DNA of 64,000 bases. It comes from Myxococcota bacterium (GTDB lineage: Bacteria > Myxococcota_A > UBA9160 > UBA4427). The notes below the pieces were generated by a model. It was not told the origin of the DNA. It did no database searches and saw only the letters and a program-made list of their open reading frames with translations. The stretch spans positions 5,600,001 to 5,664,000 of the forward strand of contig OZ252299.1 in assembly GCA_965250285.1 (NCBI GenBank), read 5' to 3'. Below are positions 1 to 10,785 of this stretch, piece by piece (within the stretch, counting starts at the first letter, position 1; each line of letters opens with the position of its first letter). The position numbers and the translations under genes are program-made.

Positions 1-2
1 CG

Positions 3-911
3 TGCCACGTCGGCAAGTACATGATCGAGCAGCTCGCGGGCATCCCGTGCGAGATCGACCTCGCGAGCGAGTTCCGGTATCGCAAGCCGATTCTCGGTGA
101 CGACGTGATGGTCGTGCCGGTCTCACAGTCGGGCGAGACGGCCGATACGCTGGCGGCGCTGCGCGAGGGCAAGCAGCAGGGCTCGCGCATCTTCTCGGTC
201 TGCAACGTGCGCGAATCGACGATCGCCCGCGAGAGCCACGACGTGCTCTACACGCACGCAGGGCCCGAGATCGGCGTCGCGTCGACCAAGGCCTTCGTCA
301 CTCAGGTCGTGGCGCTCTACCTACTGGGCTTGAAGCTCGCGATCGCGCGCGGTCGGCTGAGCGAAGACGAGATCCGTGGGCACCTGAAGGACGTGATGCG
401 ACTGCCGCGGCTCGTCGAGCAGACGCTGCAGATCGACGGTCACGTGCTCGAGATCGCGCGCAAGTACTTCAAGGCGAGCGACTTCCTCTTTCTCGGCCGG
501 GGCATCATGTACCCGATCGCGATGGAGGGCGCGCTCAAGCTGAAGGAGATCTCGTACATTCACGCCGAGGGGTATGCGGCGGGCGAGATGAAGCACGGTC
601 CGATCGCGCTGATCGACGAGAAGATGCCCGTCGTGGTGATCGCCACCGAGGGGCCGCTCAAGGACAAGCTCGTGTCGAACCTCGAGCAGGTGCGCGCGCG
701 CGACGGTCAGGTGATCGCGATCGCGACCGAGGGCGACGACAAGATCGCGACGAAGGCGAACGAGGTGATCTACATCCCCGACCTCGGTCCCTTCTTGACG
801 AGCATTCTCGCGACGCTGCCGGTGCAGCTGTTGGCCTACCACGTCGCGACGCTCAAGGGCACCGACGTCGACCAGCCGCGCAACCTCGCGAAGAGCGTGA
901 CGGTCGAGTAG
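3..911 (+). CDS. glmS: Glutamine--fructose-6-phosphate aminotransferase, C-terminal SIS domains (5' part lies outside the window)
   Basis: Motifs [38 protein letters not shown] and C-terminal [14 protein letters not shown]. The frame is open to the window edge. Confidence 0.98.
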   Translation, partial: CHVGKYMIEQLAGIPCEIDLASEFRYRKPILGDDVMVVPVSQSGETADTLAALREGKQQGSRIFSVCNVRESTIARESHDVLYTHAGPEIGVASTKAFVTQVVALYLLGLKLAIARGRLSEDEIRGHLKDVMRLPRLVEQTLQIDGHVLEIARKYFKASDFLFLGRGIMYPIAMEGALKLKEISYIHAEGYAAGEMKHGPIALIDEKMPVVVIATEGPLKDKLVSNLEQVRARDGQVIAIATEGDDKIATKANEVIYIPDLGPFLTSILATLPVQLLAYHVATLKGTDVDQPRNLAKSVTVE

Positions 912-1159
912 CGGCGCGGCTGCGGCCGAGTCTCACGCCTCGAGCGCCCCGCCCGAGGCGCTGTACCCGGGCTTCGGATGGGTGTGCGCGCCTGGGCCCT
1001 CGAAGCGCCCTCGGAGGAGCGAGGCCCACCCTCTTGCCGCGACGTGCCGTCGCGCGCTCGGCCTGGTTTCGACGTCTTCTGCCGGCGCCGTGTGGTTTCG
1101 AATCGAGATCAGCGCGCGGTTCGGCTCGTGTAGCATCGGCGGCCGAGGAGGGGCTTCCC

Positions 1160-2632
1160 TTGGCCGCGATTCCCGATTCTGCGCGTGCACGTTTGCCCGA
1201 ACCGGGGTTCTTCATCGGTGGCGAGCTCGTGCAGCACAGCGACGCGCCGGCACGAGACCACGTCTATCCCGCAACCGGCGAGACGATCGGGAGCGTGCCC
1301 GTGGCCGGCCCCGCGGTGGTCGATCAAGCCGTGCGCGCCGCGCGCGATGCACTCGACCCATGGCGCGCTTGGCCCGGGAACGAGCGCCGGAGCGTGATGC
1401 TCAGAATCGCGGCGCGCCTGCGCGAACAGGCCGAAGCCATCGGCGAAGTCACGGTGCTCGACAATGGTGCGCCGCTGCTCGGCGCTCGAGGCGGCGTGCT
1501 GGCCGCGGCCGATCACTTCGAGTACTTCGCGGGCTGGGCCGACAAGCTCGAGGGCGATGTGATCCCCGTCTGGCCGGGCGAGGCGCTCGACTACACGCGC
1601 CGCGAGCCCTACGGAGTGCTGGGCTTCATCATCCCGTTCAATGGCCCGCTCGTCTCGATCGGTCTGCGCGTTGCTCCGGCGCTGGCAACGGGCAATACCG
1701 TGGTGCTGAAGCCTTCCGAGTTCGCGCCCTGGGGCGCGCTCGGCTTCGCGCAGCTCTGCATCGACGCTGGGCTGCCACCAGGTGTCGTGAACGTGGTGCC
1801 GGGGGATGGCCGCAGTGGTCAGGCGATCGTGCAGCATGCGGGCATCGACAAGGTTCACTTGACGGGCAGTGTGCGGACTGCGCGCGACGTGTTGGCGAAA
1901 GCGGCTGAGACGATCAAACCCGTGTCACTCGAGCTCGGTGGCAAGTCGGCGAACCTGGTGTTCGCCGACGCCGACCTCGAGGCGGCCGCCAGCATGGCCG
2001 TGATGGCGTCCGTCGTCGCGATGAGCGGGCAGACCTGCATCTGTCCGTCGCGGCTGCTGATCGAGGCCCCCATCTACGATGCGTTCATGGCGAAGGTCGT
2101 CGAGAAGGCCGAAGCGGTTGCGCTGGGCGATCCCTTCGCGCCGGGCACGACGATGGGGCCCGTGATCGGCGAAGCGGCCTGCGAACGGATCCTCGGGGTC
2201 ATCGAGCGCGGTCGGCGCGAGGGGGCCGGGCGTCTCTTGACGGGTGGGGCGCGCGTTGGCGGAGAGCTGGCGCAGGGCTTCTTCGTGCAGCCCACCGTCT
2301 TCGGCGATGTCGACAACGAGAGCTCGCTCGCGCAGCACGAGATCTTCGGTCCGGTGCTCGCGGCGATGCGCTTCGAAGATGAAGCACACGCGGTCGCACT
2401 CGCGAACGACACCGAGTACGGGTTGGCCGGCTACGTGCACACCCGTGATCTCAAGCGCGGCCACCGACTCGCGGCCCGTCTCGATGCCGGCTACCTGTCG
2501 ATCAACGGTTGGGCGACCATGCCGCCCGGCGCTCCCTTCGGCGGAAATCGGCAGAGCGGCATCGGGCGCCTCGGTGGGCGCGCAGCCCTCGACGAGTTTC
2601 TGCGCGTGAAGAACGTCTTCGTCGCTCTGTAG
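1160..2632 (+). CDS. Aldehyde dehydrogenase family protein
   Basis: Motifs LKPSE, LTGS, LELGGKSA, catalytic Cys in GQTCIC, EIFGPV and PFGG. Start moved to TTG 1160, which follows GAGGAG. Confidence 0.93.
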   Translation: MAAIPDSARARLPEPGFFIGGELVQHSDAPARDHVYPATGETIGSVPVAGPAVVDQAVRAARDALDPWRAWPGNERRSVMLRIAARLREQAEAIGEVTVLDNGAPLLGARGGVLAAADHFEYFAGWADKLEGDVIPVWPGEALDYTRREPYGVLGFIIPFNGPLVSIGLRVAPALATGNTVVLKPSEFAPWGALGFAQLCIDAGLPPGVVNVVPGDGRSGQAIVQHAGIDKVHLTGSVRTARDVLAKAAETIKPVSLELGGKSANLVFADADLEAAASMAVMASVVAMSGQTCICPSRLLIEAPIYDAFMAKVVEKAEAVALGDPFAPGTTMGPVIGEAACERILGVIERGRREGAGRLLTGGARVGGELAQGFFVQPTVFGDVDNESSLAQHEIFGPVLAAMRFEDEAHAVALANDTEYGLAGYVHTRDLKRGHRLAARLDAGYLSINGWATMPPGAPFGGNRQSGIGRLGGRAALDEFLRVKNVFVAL

Positions 2633-2722
2633 GCGACGGCTGAGTCGACTAGACTGGTGAACCCGCGCACTTGCGCTGACCCGGAGGAGCCCTTGGTCGA
2701 AGACCCTGCGCTTGGCTCGACG

Positions 2723-3772
2723 ATGCGTGCCTGGCGTGTGCACGCGTTCGGACCCGATCCGAAGACTGTGCTCCAGCTCGAGCAGATCGAGGTGCCCGAA
2801 CCGGGCCCTGGTGAGCTGCTCGTGCGCGTGCAGGCCGCCCCGCTCAATCTGAACGACCTCGACCGTGTCACGGGCCAGAACATGATGGCGCCGCCGGCCC
2901 TGCCTGCGGTGCCTGGCATGGAGGTGCTCGGCGTCGTGGTGGCGGCGGGCGCCGGCGTCGAGTCGCGCGTCGGCGACCGGGTCGCTGCGATGACGAAGAC
3001 CGCGGTGGGCGGCTTCGCCGAGTACGCGATCTGCCCGGCGGTTTCGGCCTTCGACATGCCGGCCGACGTGCCGCTGCCCGGCGCGGCCGCGATCTACTTC
3101 CCGTTTCATCTGGCGTGGCTCGGTCTCGTCGACCGGGCGAAGCTCGCATCGGGAGAGAGCGTGCTGGTGCACGCCGGCGCGGGCGGCGCGGGCTCGGCTG
3201 CGATCCAGCTCGCGAAGCACCTGGGTGCCAAGGTGATCGCGACCGCGGGCAGCGAGGCGAAGCTCGCGCTCTGCCGCGAGCTCGGGGCCGACGTGGCGAT
3301 CGACTACACCGAGGGCGACTTCGTGCCGGCGGTGCTCGAGGCGACCGAGGGGCAGGGCGTCGACGTCGTCTTCGATGGCGTGGGCGAGGCCGTGCTCGAT
3401 GCGAGCCTGCGCTGCACGGCCTACGACGGTCGCTACCTGATGATGGGCTTCGCGTCGGGCAAGCAGTTCGCCGACGAGAAGCTCGTCGTGCCGCGCCGCC
3501 TGGCCACCGGCAACCTGCAGGTGGGCGGCGTGCTGCTCGCCTATGCCGATCCGGCCATGGCGGGGGCCATGAAGCAGGCCATGGGCTGGAACTTCGTCCC
3601 CGCAGAGAAGGGACGCTCGATCATGGCCGAGCTCGTCGAGCTCGTGCGTGCGGGGCACGTGGCCCCGGTCGTCGGCCGCACGGTCGGATTCGAAGCCCTG
3701 CCCGACGCGCTCGTCACGCTGCGCGACCGCGGCACGACCGGACGCGTGATCGTCGAGGTCGACGCGGGCTGA
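2723..3772 (+). CDS. NADPH:quinone oxidoreductase / MDR-family (zeta-crystallin-like) dehydrogenase
   Basis: Motifs PGPGELLVRV, PGMEVLGVV, VLVHAGAGGAGSAAIQLAK and GVDVVFD. Start may be GTG 2657 or ATG 2723. Confidence 0.9.
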   Translation: MRAWRVHAFGPDPKTVLQLEQIEVPEPGPGELLVRVQAAPLNLNDLDRVTGQNMMAPPALPAVPGMEVLGVVVAAGAGVESRVGDRVAAMTKTAVGGFAEYAICPAVSAFDMPADVPLPGAAAIYFPFHLAWLGLVDRAKLASGESVLVHAGAGGAGSAAIQLAKHLGAKVIATAGSEAKLALCRELGADVAIDYTEGDFVPAVLEATEGQGVDVVFDGVGEAVLDASLRCTAYDGRYLMMGFASGKQFADEKLVVPRRLATGNLQVGGVLLAYADPAMAGAMKQAMGWNFVPAEKGRSIMAELVELVRAGHVAPVVGRTVGFEALPDALVTLRDRGTTGRVIVEVDAG

Positions 3773-3918
3773 GTGGGAGCTGCGCGCGGAGCGAGATTGA
3801 GGGGGGACGCCCCCTCGACTACGCTTGACCCGAAGCGTCCCCCCAGCGCATTCCGTCCGCCGCCGATCCCCCTTCGTGCTCGCCCGCCCCACGGCTCGGG
3901 CGCGCACCGGAGTGCTGC

Positions 3919-6132
3919 GTGCTCGCCGAACAGATCACCGAAGGCCTGAACCCCGAGCAGCAGCGTGCGGTCGAGACGACCGAAGGGCCGCTGCTCGTGC
4001 TCGCCGGCGCCGGCTCGGGCAAGACCCGGGTGCTGACGCATCGCATCGCTTATCTGATCGGTGTCTGCGGGATCCCCGCCGAGTCGATCCTCGCCGTCAC
4101 GTTCACGAACAAGGCCGCCGGCGAGATGCGCGAGCGGGTCGAGAAGCTGCTCGGCCCCGGGGCCGACGGCATCGCCCTCGGCACCTTCCACTCGGTCTGC
4201 GTGCGGATCCTGCGCCGCGACATCCACCATCTGCAGCGCGACCGGGGCTTCGTGATCTACGACGACGCCGACAGCCTCGGCGTCGTGAAAGAGACGCTGC
4301 GCCGCCACGACCTCGACCCGAAGGTGCACGACCCCCGCCGTCTGCGCTGGCGCTTCGATCAATGGAAGAACCAGGGGCTGCTGCCCGATCGCGCGCGCGA
4401 CGAAGCGGGCGACATCGAAGAGGAGCAGTCAGCCGAGCTCTACGCGACGTATCAGAAGCTGTTGCTCGACGCGAACGCGCTCGACTTCGGCGACATCCTG
4501 CTGCAGACGGTGCAGCTCTTCGAGCGCTTCCCGCGCATCCTCGAGTACTACCAGCGGCGCTGGCAGTACGTGCTGGTCGACGAGTATCAGGATACGAACG
4601 GCGTGCAGTACCAGCTGGTGCGGCAGCTCGCCGAGCAGCATCACAACATCTGCGTGGTGGGTGACCCCGACCAGTCGATCTACGCGTGGCGCGGCGCCGA
4701 CGTGCGCAACATCCTCGACTTCGAGCAGGACTACGACGACGCGCAGGTCATCAAGCTCGAGCAGAACTATCGGTCGACCCAGCCGATCCTCTCGGGCGCC
4801 ACCGCGGTGGTGCAGAACAACCTCGATCGCCCCGAGAAGACGCTCTTTACCGACCACGAGGGCGGCGATCCGATCCGCTACTACGAGGCGTACGACGACC
4901 GCGACGAGGCGGCTTTCGTGATCGGTCGCATCGAGCGCGCTCACCGCGAAGAAGACATGCCCTACGGGCATGCGGCGATCCTCTACCGCACCAACGCGCA
5001 GTCGAGATCGTTCGAAGAGCGACTGCTCGAGTACGACATCCCCTACACGATCGTGGGCGGCCAGCGCTTCTACGAGCGACTCGAGGTGAAGGACGTCCTC
5101 GCCTATCTGCGGCTCGTCGTGAACCCGGCCGACGATCAGGCGTTCTTGCGCGTCGTGAACAAGCCAACGCGGGGCATCGGCAAGACCACGATCGAGCGCG
5201 TGCAGGCATTCGCGGCGAAGCAAGGGCTGCCGCTCGTGCGGGCCCTGGCCGAGTACGCCGAGGCGCCCGAGGGTCAGCGGGTGCGTGCGAAGGCGGGGCG
5301 TTTTCTCTCGATCATGAGCGACCTGGCGCAGCACCGCGCGTCGCATCCGGTCCACGAGCTGATCAGCCACACGCTGCACGCGACGGGCTATCTCGAGGCG
5401 CTCGCGAAGGAGTCGACTCCCGAGGCCGAGTCGCGCGTCGACAACCTGAAGGAGCTCGTGACGAGCGCCGAAGACTTCCACGTCGCGAACCAGGACGAGA
5501 TCGATCCCGAGCGGGATGAGCTCGAGCTCTACCTCGATCAGGTGGCGCTCATCTCCGATCTCGACAGCTACGAAGAGCGCAACGACCGCGTGTCGCTCAT
5601 GACCGTGCACAGCGCGAAGGGGCTCGAGTTTCCGCTCGTGTTCCTCGTCGGGCTCGAGGAGCGCATCTTTCCGCATGCCAGCTCGATGCGAGACGACGGT
5701 GGCATCGAGGAGGAGCGGCGCCTCTGCTACGTCGCGATGACCCGCGCGATGAAGCACCTCTTCATTACGTCAGCGAGTGAGCGGCGGCGCTACGGCGAAC
5801 ACCACTATCAGTCGCCGAGCCGATTTCTGCGCGAGGTGCCCGAAGAGCTGGTCGAGATTCTGAGCGAAGCGCGTCGGCCGTCGCGGGGAGATCGCATTCG
5901 CAACGCCGAGCCCGAGCCGGTGCGCGATGGCTACGACTATTCGTACTCGCAGGACACGGGCGGCGAAGAAGGCGGCGTCCTGGCCGGCATGCACGTGCGT
6001 CACCCCGTCTTCGGGCTGGGCGAAGTGCTGGCCGTGATGGGCGAGGGTCTCAACCAGAAGCTCAAGATCAAGTTCCAGCGCGCCGGCGTGAAGACCGTGA
6101 TGGTGCGCTACGCGAACCTCGAGCCGGCGTAG
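3919..6132 (+). CDS. pcrA: UvrD/PcrA family ATP-dependent DNA helicase
   Basis: Motifs LAGAGSGKT, VTFTNKAA, LVDEYQDTN, VGDPDQSIY, LEQNYRS, TVHSAKGLEF and EEERRLCYVAMTRA, plus a C-terminal Tudor-like HPVFGLG segment. Confidence 0.96.
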   Translation: MLAEQITEGLNPEQQRAVETTEGPLLVLAGAGSGKTRVLTHRIAYLIGVCGIPAESILAVTFTNKAAGEMRERVEKLLGPGADGIALGTFHSVCVRILRRDIHHLQRDRGFVIYDDADSLGVVKETLRRHDLDPKVHDPRRLRWRFDQWKNQGLLPDRARDEAGDIEEEQSAELYATYQKLLLDANALDFGDILLQTVQLFERFPRILEYYQRRWQYVLVDEYQDTNGVQYQLVRQLAEQHHNICVVGDPDQSIYAWRGADVRNILDFEQDYDDAQVIKLEQNYRSTQPILSGATAVVQNNLDRPEKTLFTDHEGGDPIRYYEAYDDRDEAAFVIGRIERAHREEDMPYGHAAILYRTNAQSRSFEERLLEYDIPYTIVGGQRFYERLEVKDVLAYLRLVVNPADDQAFLRVVNKPTRGIGKTTIERVQAFAAKQGLPLVRALAEYAEAPEGQRVRAKAGRFLSIMSDLAQHRASHPVHELISHTLHATGYLEALAKESTPEAESRVDNLKELVTSAEDFHVANQDEIDPERDELELYLDQVALISDLDSYEERNDRVSLMTVHSAKGLEFPLVFLVGLEERIFPHASSMRDDGGIEEERRLCYVAMTRAMKHLFITSASERRRYGEHHYQSPSRFLREVPEELVEILSEARRPSRGDRIRNAEPEPVRDGYDYSYSQDTGGEEGGVLAGMHVRHPVFGLGEVLAVMGEGLNQKLKIKFQRAGVKTVMVRYANLEPA

Positions 6133-6162
6133 CGAGACGCAGCGTCGGCGCCGATCTTCGGC

Positions 6163-8154
6163 TCAGCCGAGGAAGCTCGTGGTCAGCACGCAGAGCAGCG
6201 TGAGCGCGAGCCCCCAGACCACGACGCGGCCGATCTGCTGGAGCGCCGGGGGCAGCCGTTCGTCGACGGCGACCAGCCCGTCGGCGCCGAAGAGCGCGAT
6301 CGGCACCCATGCGGCGAGCAGATACGACGCGCGCGCCTGCGCGTAGAACGGCAGCCGGAGCGAGATCAACAGCGATGAAACGAGGAGCGTGCCGGCGACC
6401 GCCGCGAGCATGAAGCGGGCCAGCGCCGTGCCGTCGGGGTTCGTCGCGCGCGTCGTCCCCGCCTTGACCGCCCGCAGCCCGCCGTAGAGGACCGTGAGCG
6501 TCGCGGGCATCGCGAGCCAGTAGCCGACGAGCATGAAGCTGTCGTTCCAGGCGCCGTGCCGTGTCCGCGCCGTCTGCATACCGGCGACGAGGCCGTCGCC
6601 CCAGAAGGTCGAGTAGAGCCCGTCCCAGTACGAAGAGAACCCGGCGAAGAACGGATGGCGTACGCCGTCGCCGAAGCCGAACAGCCACGCGGGCGTGTGG
6701 TAGCCCGGCTGCAACCACCACGATGGCGTGTCGGGCAGGTCGAGGTTCCACACCACCGGGTCACCGAAGTGCAGCCCGTTGCGTGCGTAGAACCAGCCGG
6801 CGAGCACCGCCATGGCACACGCGAGCGCAAGCCCCGTTGCGGCGACTTCGCGGCCCGGTCGATCTTCGAGCACGCGCAGCTTGAGCAGCACGAAGCCCGC
6901 GATCAGTGGGGCGAGCGCGAGCGCGGTGAACTTGGTGAGCAGGGCGGCGGCGAGCAGGGCCGCCAGCCAGACGAGGTCGGCGCGGCGCGCTCGGGCGTCG
7001 GTCAGGATGCGGGTTGCGAAGTAGAGTGCACCCGAGATCCAGGCGGCGTGCATCGACTCGTTGCCGAGATACGCCGACATGTAGACGCCGACCGGAATCA
7101 CGGCGGCGAATGCGATGGCCGTCGCGACGCGACGGTCGTCGGCAGGCCAGAGGCGACGGGCGGTGAGGCCGACGAAGAGCAGACACGCGAGACCCGAAGC
7201 GAACGGCACGACGCGATGCACGAGCCCGGCGCCCGTGCTCTCGGGCGTCGTGCCGGTCGCGGCGGCCAGGAGCGCCGACGTCGCATGGGCGAGCGGTGGG
7301 TGATAGGTCGAGAAGCCCTCGTCTGCGAGCGGTAGGCGACCACCCTGTCGGATCAGCTCGACGTAGTGCATGTGCGCCGGCGCATCGAAGCCCATGATCG
7401 CGGGGAGCGCGGCCGTCTTGGTGAACAGGATGCCGAGCCAGAGCACGAGCGCGAACGCGCTCGACGCCGCCACGGCCTGCCGCGTCAGCCAGGCCGGTCG
7501 AAGCCACTCGACCGCCCCCGCGACGCCGAAGCAGACCGCGAAGATCAAGCCGAAGGTCACCGCGTTCAGCGCGAGCACCTGGCCGGGCTCGGGCAGCAGG
7601 AAGGCATCGGGGTGGAGTCGCGTATCGTCGGCTCGCGCGGCGGGCTGCGGGTTCGATCGGGGCGTCATGACCTGCCAATCGACGTTCGTCTCGATCCTTC
7701 GATCGCCGAGCGCGAGCTGGGCCTGCAACACCGGCGGACCCTTCGGGTGGGTGACGGCGATCCGCAGCTCGTTTCGACCGGCTCGAAGGGCACTCGACGC
7801 GTCGAAGCGGCGCGGCGAACGCCACGCTCGAGCGTCGTCTTCCGGCTCGATCCGGCGCCCGTTGAGTTCGACCTCGAGGGTCGTGAGCCCGCGGGCCTCG
7901 AGGGTGGCCCGTTCGCTGCCGGTCGCGTCGAAGCGGCGCACGAAGACGTGGCGCGGCGGATCGGCCGGGTCGACGACGACGAGCTGAGTGTCGATGGCGC
8001 GCGGCGCGGTGATCCATGGGCCGGGGCCGCCCACGAGAAAGGGCACCTCGGCCGAGAAGAACAGCGCGTGCGCGAAGACGCCGATGAGCACCGCGCCGCT
8101 CGCGAGCAGCGCGATTCGAAGCCATCGGCCGAGCGCGGCTGCGTCGGAGCTCAC
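6163..8154 (-). CDS. Polytopic GT-C-type (ArnT/PMT-like) glycosyltransferase with an N-terminal soluble beta-rich domain
   Basis: Many hydrophobic helices and motifs GFDAPAH, YHPPL and LLTKFT. The GTG start at 8154 overlaps the TGA of the upstream GT2 (GTGA). Confidence 0.7.
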   Translation of the reverse strand: MSSDAAALGRWLRIALLASGAVLIGVFAHALFFSAEVPFLVGGPGPWITAPRAIDTQLVVVDPADPPRHVFVRRFDATGSERATLEARGLTTLEVELNGRRIEPEDDARAWRSPRRFDASSALRAGRNELRIAVTHPKGPPVLQAQLALGDRRIETNVDWQVMTPRSNPQPAARADDTRLHPDAFLLPEPGQVLALNAVTFGLIFAVCFGVAGAVEWLRPAWLTRQAVAASSAFALVLWLGILFTKTAALPAIMGFDAPAHMHYVELIRQGGRLPLADEGFSTYHPPLAHATSALLAAATGTTPESTGAGLVHRVVPFASGLACLLFVGLTARRLWPADDRRVATAIAFAAVIPVGVYMSAYLGNESMHAAWISGALYFATRILTDARARRADLVWLAALLAAALLTKFTALALAPLIAGFVLLKLRVLEDRPGREVAATGLALACAMAVLAGWFYARNGLHFGDPVVWNLDLPDTPSWWLQPGYHTPAWLFGFGDGVRHPFFAGFSSYWDGLYSTFWGDGLVAGMQTARTRHGAWNDSFMLVGYWLAMPATLTVLYGGLRAVKAGTTRATNPDGTALARFMLAAVAGTLLVSSLLISLRLPFYAQARASYLLAAWVPIALFGADGLVAVDERLPPALQQIGRVVVWGLALTLLCVLTTSFLG

Positions 8155-8933
8155 GCGGCGCCGGGGCCGCCGGTCTTCGCAGCGTCGCCGCGCAGGTAGC
8201 GCGACCGGATGCGCCCAATCTCGGCGATCGCCCGAACGAAGTCGGTCGCACGCACCTTCGATCCGGCGACGTCGACCCACTGGCGAAGTGCGAGCTCGTA
8301 GACCACCCGCTCGGGCGCCGGGCCGCCGTCGCGCTGCCGAATGCAGATCAGCCGCGCGAGCACCTCGACGTCGAAGACCCAGTTCGAGACGAAGGGCTCG
8401 GCGAAGAGCTCGCGGGTCAGCGGGCCGCTCCTGAAGAGCTTCGCACCGCACTGGGTGTCGTAGACCGGCAGCGCGAGCACGACCGAAGCGACCGTGGCGA
8501 AGACGCGACCGAGATAGTGCCGCACCGGGCTGCGCACGATGCGGCGACCGAGCAGCGCGACGCGAGCGCCGTAGACGACCTGCCGCTCGGGATCGGTCTC
8601 GAGGCACTCGATGAAGCGCGGGATCTCTTCGAGGGGCGTCGCCAGGTCGGCGTCGAAGTAGCCGACGTAGGCCGCATTCGAGTCGAGCGCCCGCTGTAGA
8701 CCCTGCCGGACGGCCTCGGCCTTGCCGACGTTGCGCGGCAAGTCGAGCACGTCGATCTGGTTCGAGGCCTGATCGGCGGTCTTCTCGAGCACCCGGAGCG
8801 TGTCGTCCGCGCTGCCGTCGTTGACGAGCAGGAACCCCACTTCGGGGTGCGCCTTCGCGAACGCGACGATCTCGTCGCCTGGCAGGCGCCGGGCTTCGTT
8901 GAAGCACGGGATCACGACGATGGTGCGGGGCAT
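8151..8933 (-). CDS. GT2 glycosyltransferase (dolichyl/polyprenyl-phosphate glucosyltransferase-like)
   Basis: Motifs VVIPCFNEARRL, VNDGSAD, NVGKAEAVRQG, FDADLATP, DTQCGAKLF and WVFDVE. Confidence 0.92.
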   Translation of the reverse strand: MPRTIVVIPCFNEARRLPGDEIVAFAKAHPEVGFLLVNDGSADDTLRVLEKTADQASNQIDVLDLPRNVGKAEAVRQGLQRALDSNAAYVGYFDADLATPLEEIPRFIECLETDPERQVVYGARVALLGRRIVRSPVRHYLGRVFATVASVVLALPVYDTQCGAKLFRSGPLTRELFAEPFVSNWVFDVEVLARLICIRQRDGGPAPERVVYELALRQWVDVAGSKVRATDFVRAIAEIGRIRSRYLRGDAAKTGGPGAA

Positions 8934-9090
8934 GACGCGGGCGAGTCTACCATTCCGCGCTGCGCTCCGGACGTGCGCGTCATGTGGGATACCCTCCCGA
9001 TCGTGCGAGGTCGGCTCGACGCGCCGCCCCGACCCGGCTGGGCTCGATCCGCCACGCCCCCTCAAAAAAGGAAAACGAAGAGGAGCGCGA

Positions 9091-10785
9091 TTGACCGGCA
9101 TCGCCGAAGGCCCCTCGGAAGGGATCGAGTCGAATGGGGGCGAATCCCGAGCTGCCGGCGCGCTGCCGACCAGCTGCGTCGTCGCGATGGGCCTCTGCCT
9201 GGTGCTCTTCGTCGTGGCTCAGTACGGCCGGCTCGGTCAGCCGCTGCTGTGGCAGGACGAGGGCGAGACCGCGATGTTCGGCCGCCGCGTCCTCGAGTTC
9301 GGCTACCCGAAGGTGCACGGCGCCGAGGGGGTGGTCTACGGCATGAGCGTGCCGATGCGCTTCGCCGTCGACGCCGAGAGCGATGCGTACACCGGCAGTC
9401 TCTGGGGCCAGTACTACTTCGCGGCGTTCGCCGTCGGGCTCTCCGATCTCGCGACCGGTGCGTCGACACGGACGGCGCTCGTTCGGTTGCCTTTCGCGCT
9501 CGCCGGAACGGCCGGGCTTGCGCTCGTCTGGCTCGCCTACGCGCCGGCGTTCGGGCCCCCTCGGCGTCGCTTCGGCTTCTTCTGTGCGTGGTGGGTCGGT
9601 CTCGCGTGCTCGGTCTCGTTGCTGCTTCACCTGCGCGAGGTGCGGTACTACGCGCTCGTCATGCTGCTCGTCGGTTTCGCGCTGTGGCTGCGTCAGCGCG
9701 CGCGGGGCTGGACGCGACGCGTCGGTCTCGCGCTCGCCTTTTTCGCGCTGTTCAACGTCTTCTATCCGGCCGCCGTCGCGTTGGCGGTCTGGCTCGTCTT
9801 CGAGGGCGTGTGGCCGCTGCGGCACAGCGAGGCGCGCTCGCCGGGCGCGATTCGCGCGGCGGCGCTCGAGTGGGCGCCGCTGGTCGCGGCTGCGGTTGCG
9901 CTGGTCCCCGTCGTCCTCTGGTTTCGAGTGCTTCCACTCTCCGAGCTGATGTCGGCGCGCTACCAGTTCGGTCTGACCGATTACGCGACGAACGTCGCGG
10001 TGGTGGCGCGTCATCTGGCCGAGCACGAGTGGCTGGTGGCGGCTGGCTTGCTTCGCGTGGCCGCCTGGCAGCTCGCCCGGGGCGTCGAGGGGCCGGCGCT
10101 CGCCGCTTCGCTGTGGAGGCTCGTCGCGGTGTGGGTGGCGATCGGTGCGCGCAACCCGATCTTCTTCGAGCGCTACTTCGTCGCGCTCGGTCCGCTGCTC
10201 CTGATGGCGGCGCTGCTCGACTTCGACCGCGTTCTGCGCGACGCCGTCACACGCGGGCGGGGCATGCGTTTCGCCGTCTCGATCGCGGCGGTCTGTGTCG
10301 TCGGTTCGCTGCTGCTCAAGGCGCCGGCGCTGGCAGGTCGCGTCACCGAGCTGATCACACCGGTGCGGGGCCCGCTCGATGTCGCCATCGAGTGGGTCGA
10401 CGCGCGCGCGTCCGGCGCGGCACCGCCCGTCGTCGCGACGAACTACGAGGCGGAGGTGTGGATGTTCTATCTCGGGGCCCCCGTCGTCGGGCGGTTTCAC
10501 GCCGACACCGAGGCGGCGGCGCGCGACGAAGCGGCCGTGCGCGCCGACTTCGTCGTGCCGCGCAAGGGATATCCGCACACGGTCGAGCGGCTTCGCGTCT
10601 ACCTCGAGCCCGGTGCGTTCGAGCGTCACGTGCTCGAGATCGCCGATCTGCCCTACAACACGATCCCCGAGCTGAGCAGCGGTCGCGTCCTCGCGCGCAC
10701 TCATCCGTTCCGCACCGTCTCGCCTGCCCATGAGGGCGAGGCGCTCGAGATCTGGCAGCGTCTGTCGTTGGAGACCTCGCCGTGA
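9091..10785 (+). CDS. Polytopic GT-C-type (ArnT/PMT-like) glycosyltransferase
   Basis: LWQDEGETA follows the first TM helix; also RLPFAL, REVRYY and FERYF. TTG 9091 follows AGGAG. Confidence 0.68.
   Translation: MTGIAEGPSEGIESNGGESRAAGALPTSCVVAMGLCLVLFVVAQYGRLGQPLLWQDEGETAMFGRRVLEFGYPKVHGAEGVVYGMSVPMRFAVDAESDAYTGSLWGQYYFAAFAVGLSDLATGASTRTALVRLPFALAGTAGLALVWLAYAPAFGPPRRRFGFFCAWWVGLACSVSLLLHLREVRYYALVMLLVGFALWLRQRARGWTRRVGLALAFFALFNVFYPAAVALAVWLVFEGVWPLRHSEARSPGAIRAAALEWAPLVAAAVALVPVVLWFRVLPLSELMSARYQFGLTDYATNVAVVARHLAEHEWLVAAGLLRVAAWQLARGVEGPALAASLWRLVAVWVAIGARNPIFFERYFVALGPLLLMAALLDFDRVLRDAVTRGRGMRFAVSIAAVCVVGSLLLKAPALAGRVTELITPVRGPLDVAIEWVDARASGAAPPVVATNYEAEVWMFYLGAPVVGRFHADTEAAARDEAAVRADFVVPRKGYPHTVERLRVYLEPGAFERHVLEIADLPYNTIPELSSGRVLARTHPFRTVSPAHEGEALEIWQRLSLETSP

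Noticed and set aside
933..1190. 85-aa minus-strand ORF between glmS and the aldehyde dehydrogenase
   Set aside because: It has no recognisable motif or RBS and overlaps the likely start of the dehydrogenase.
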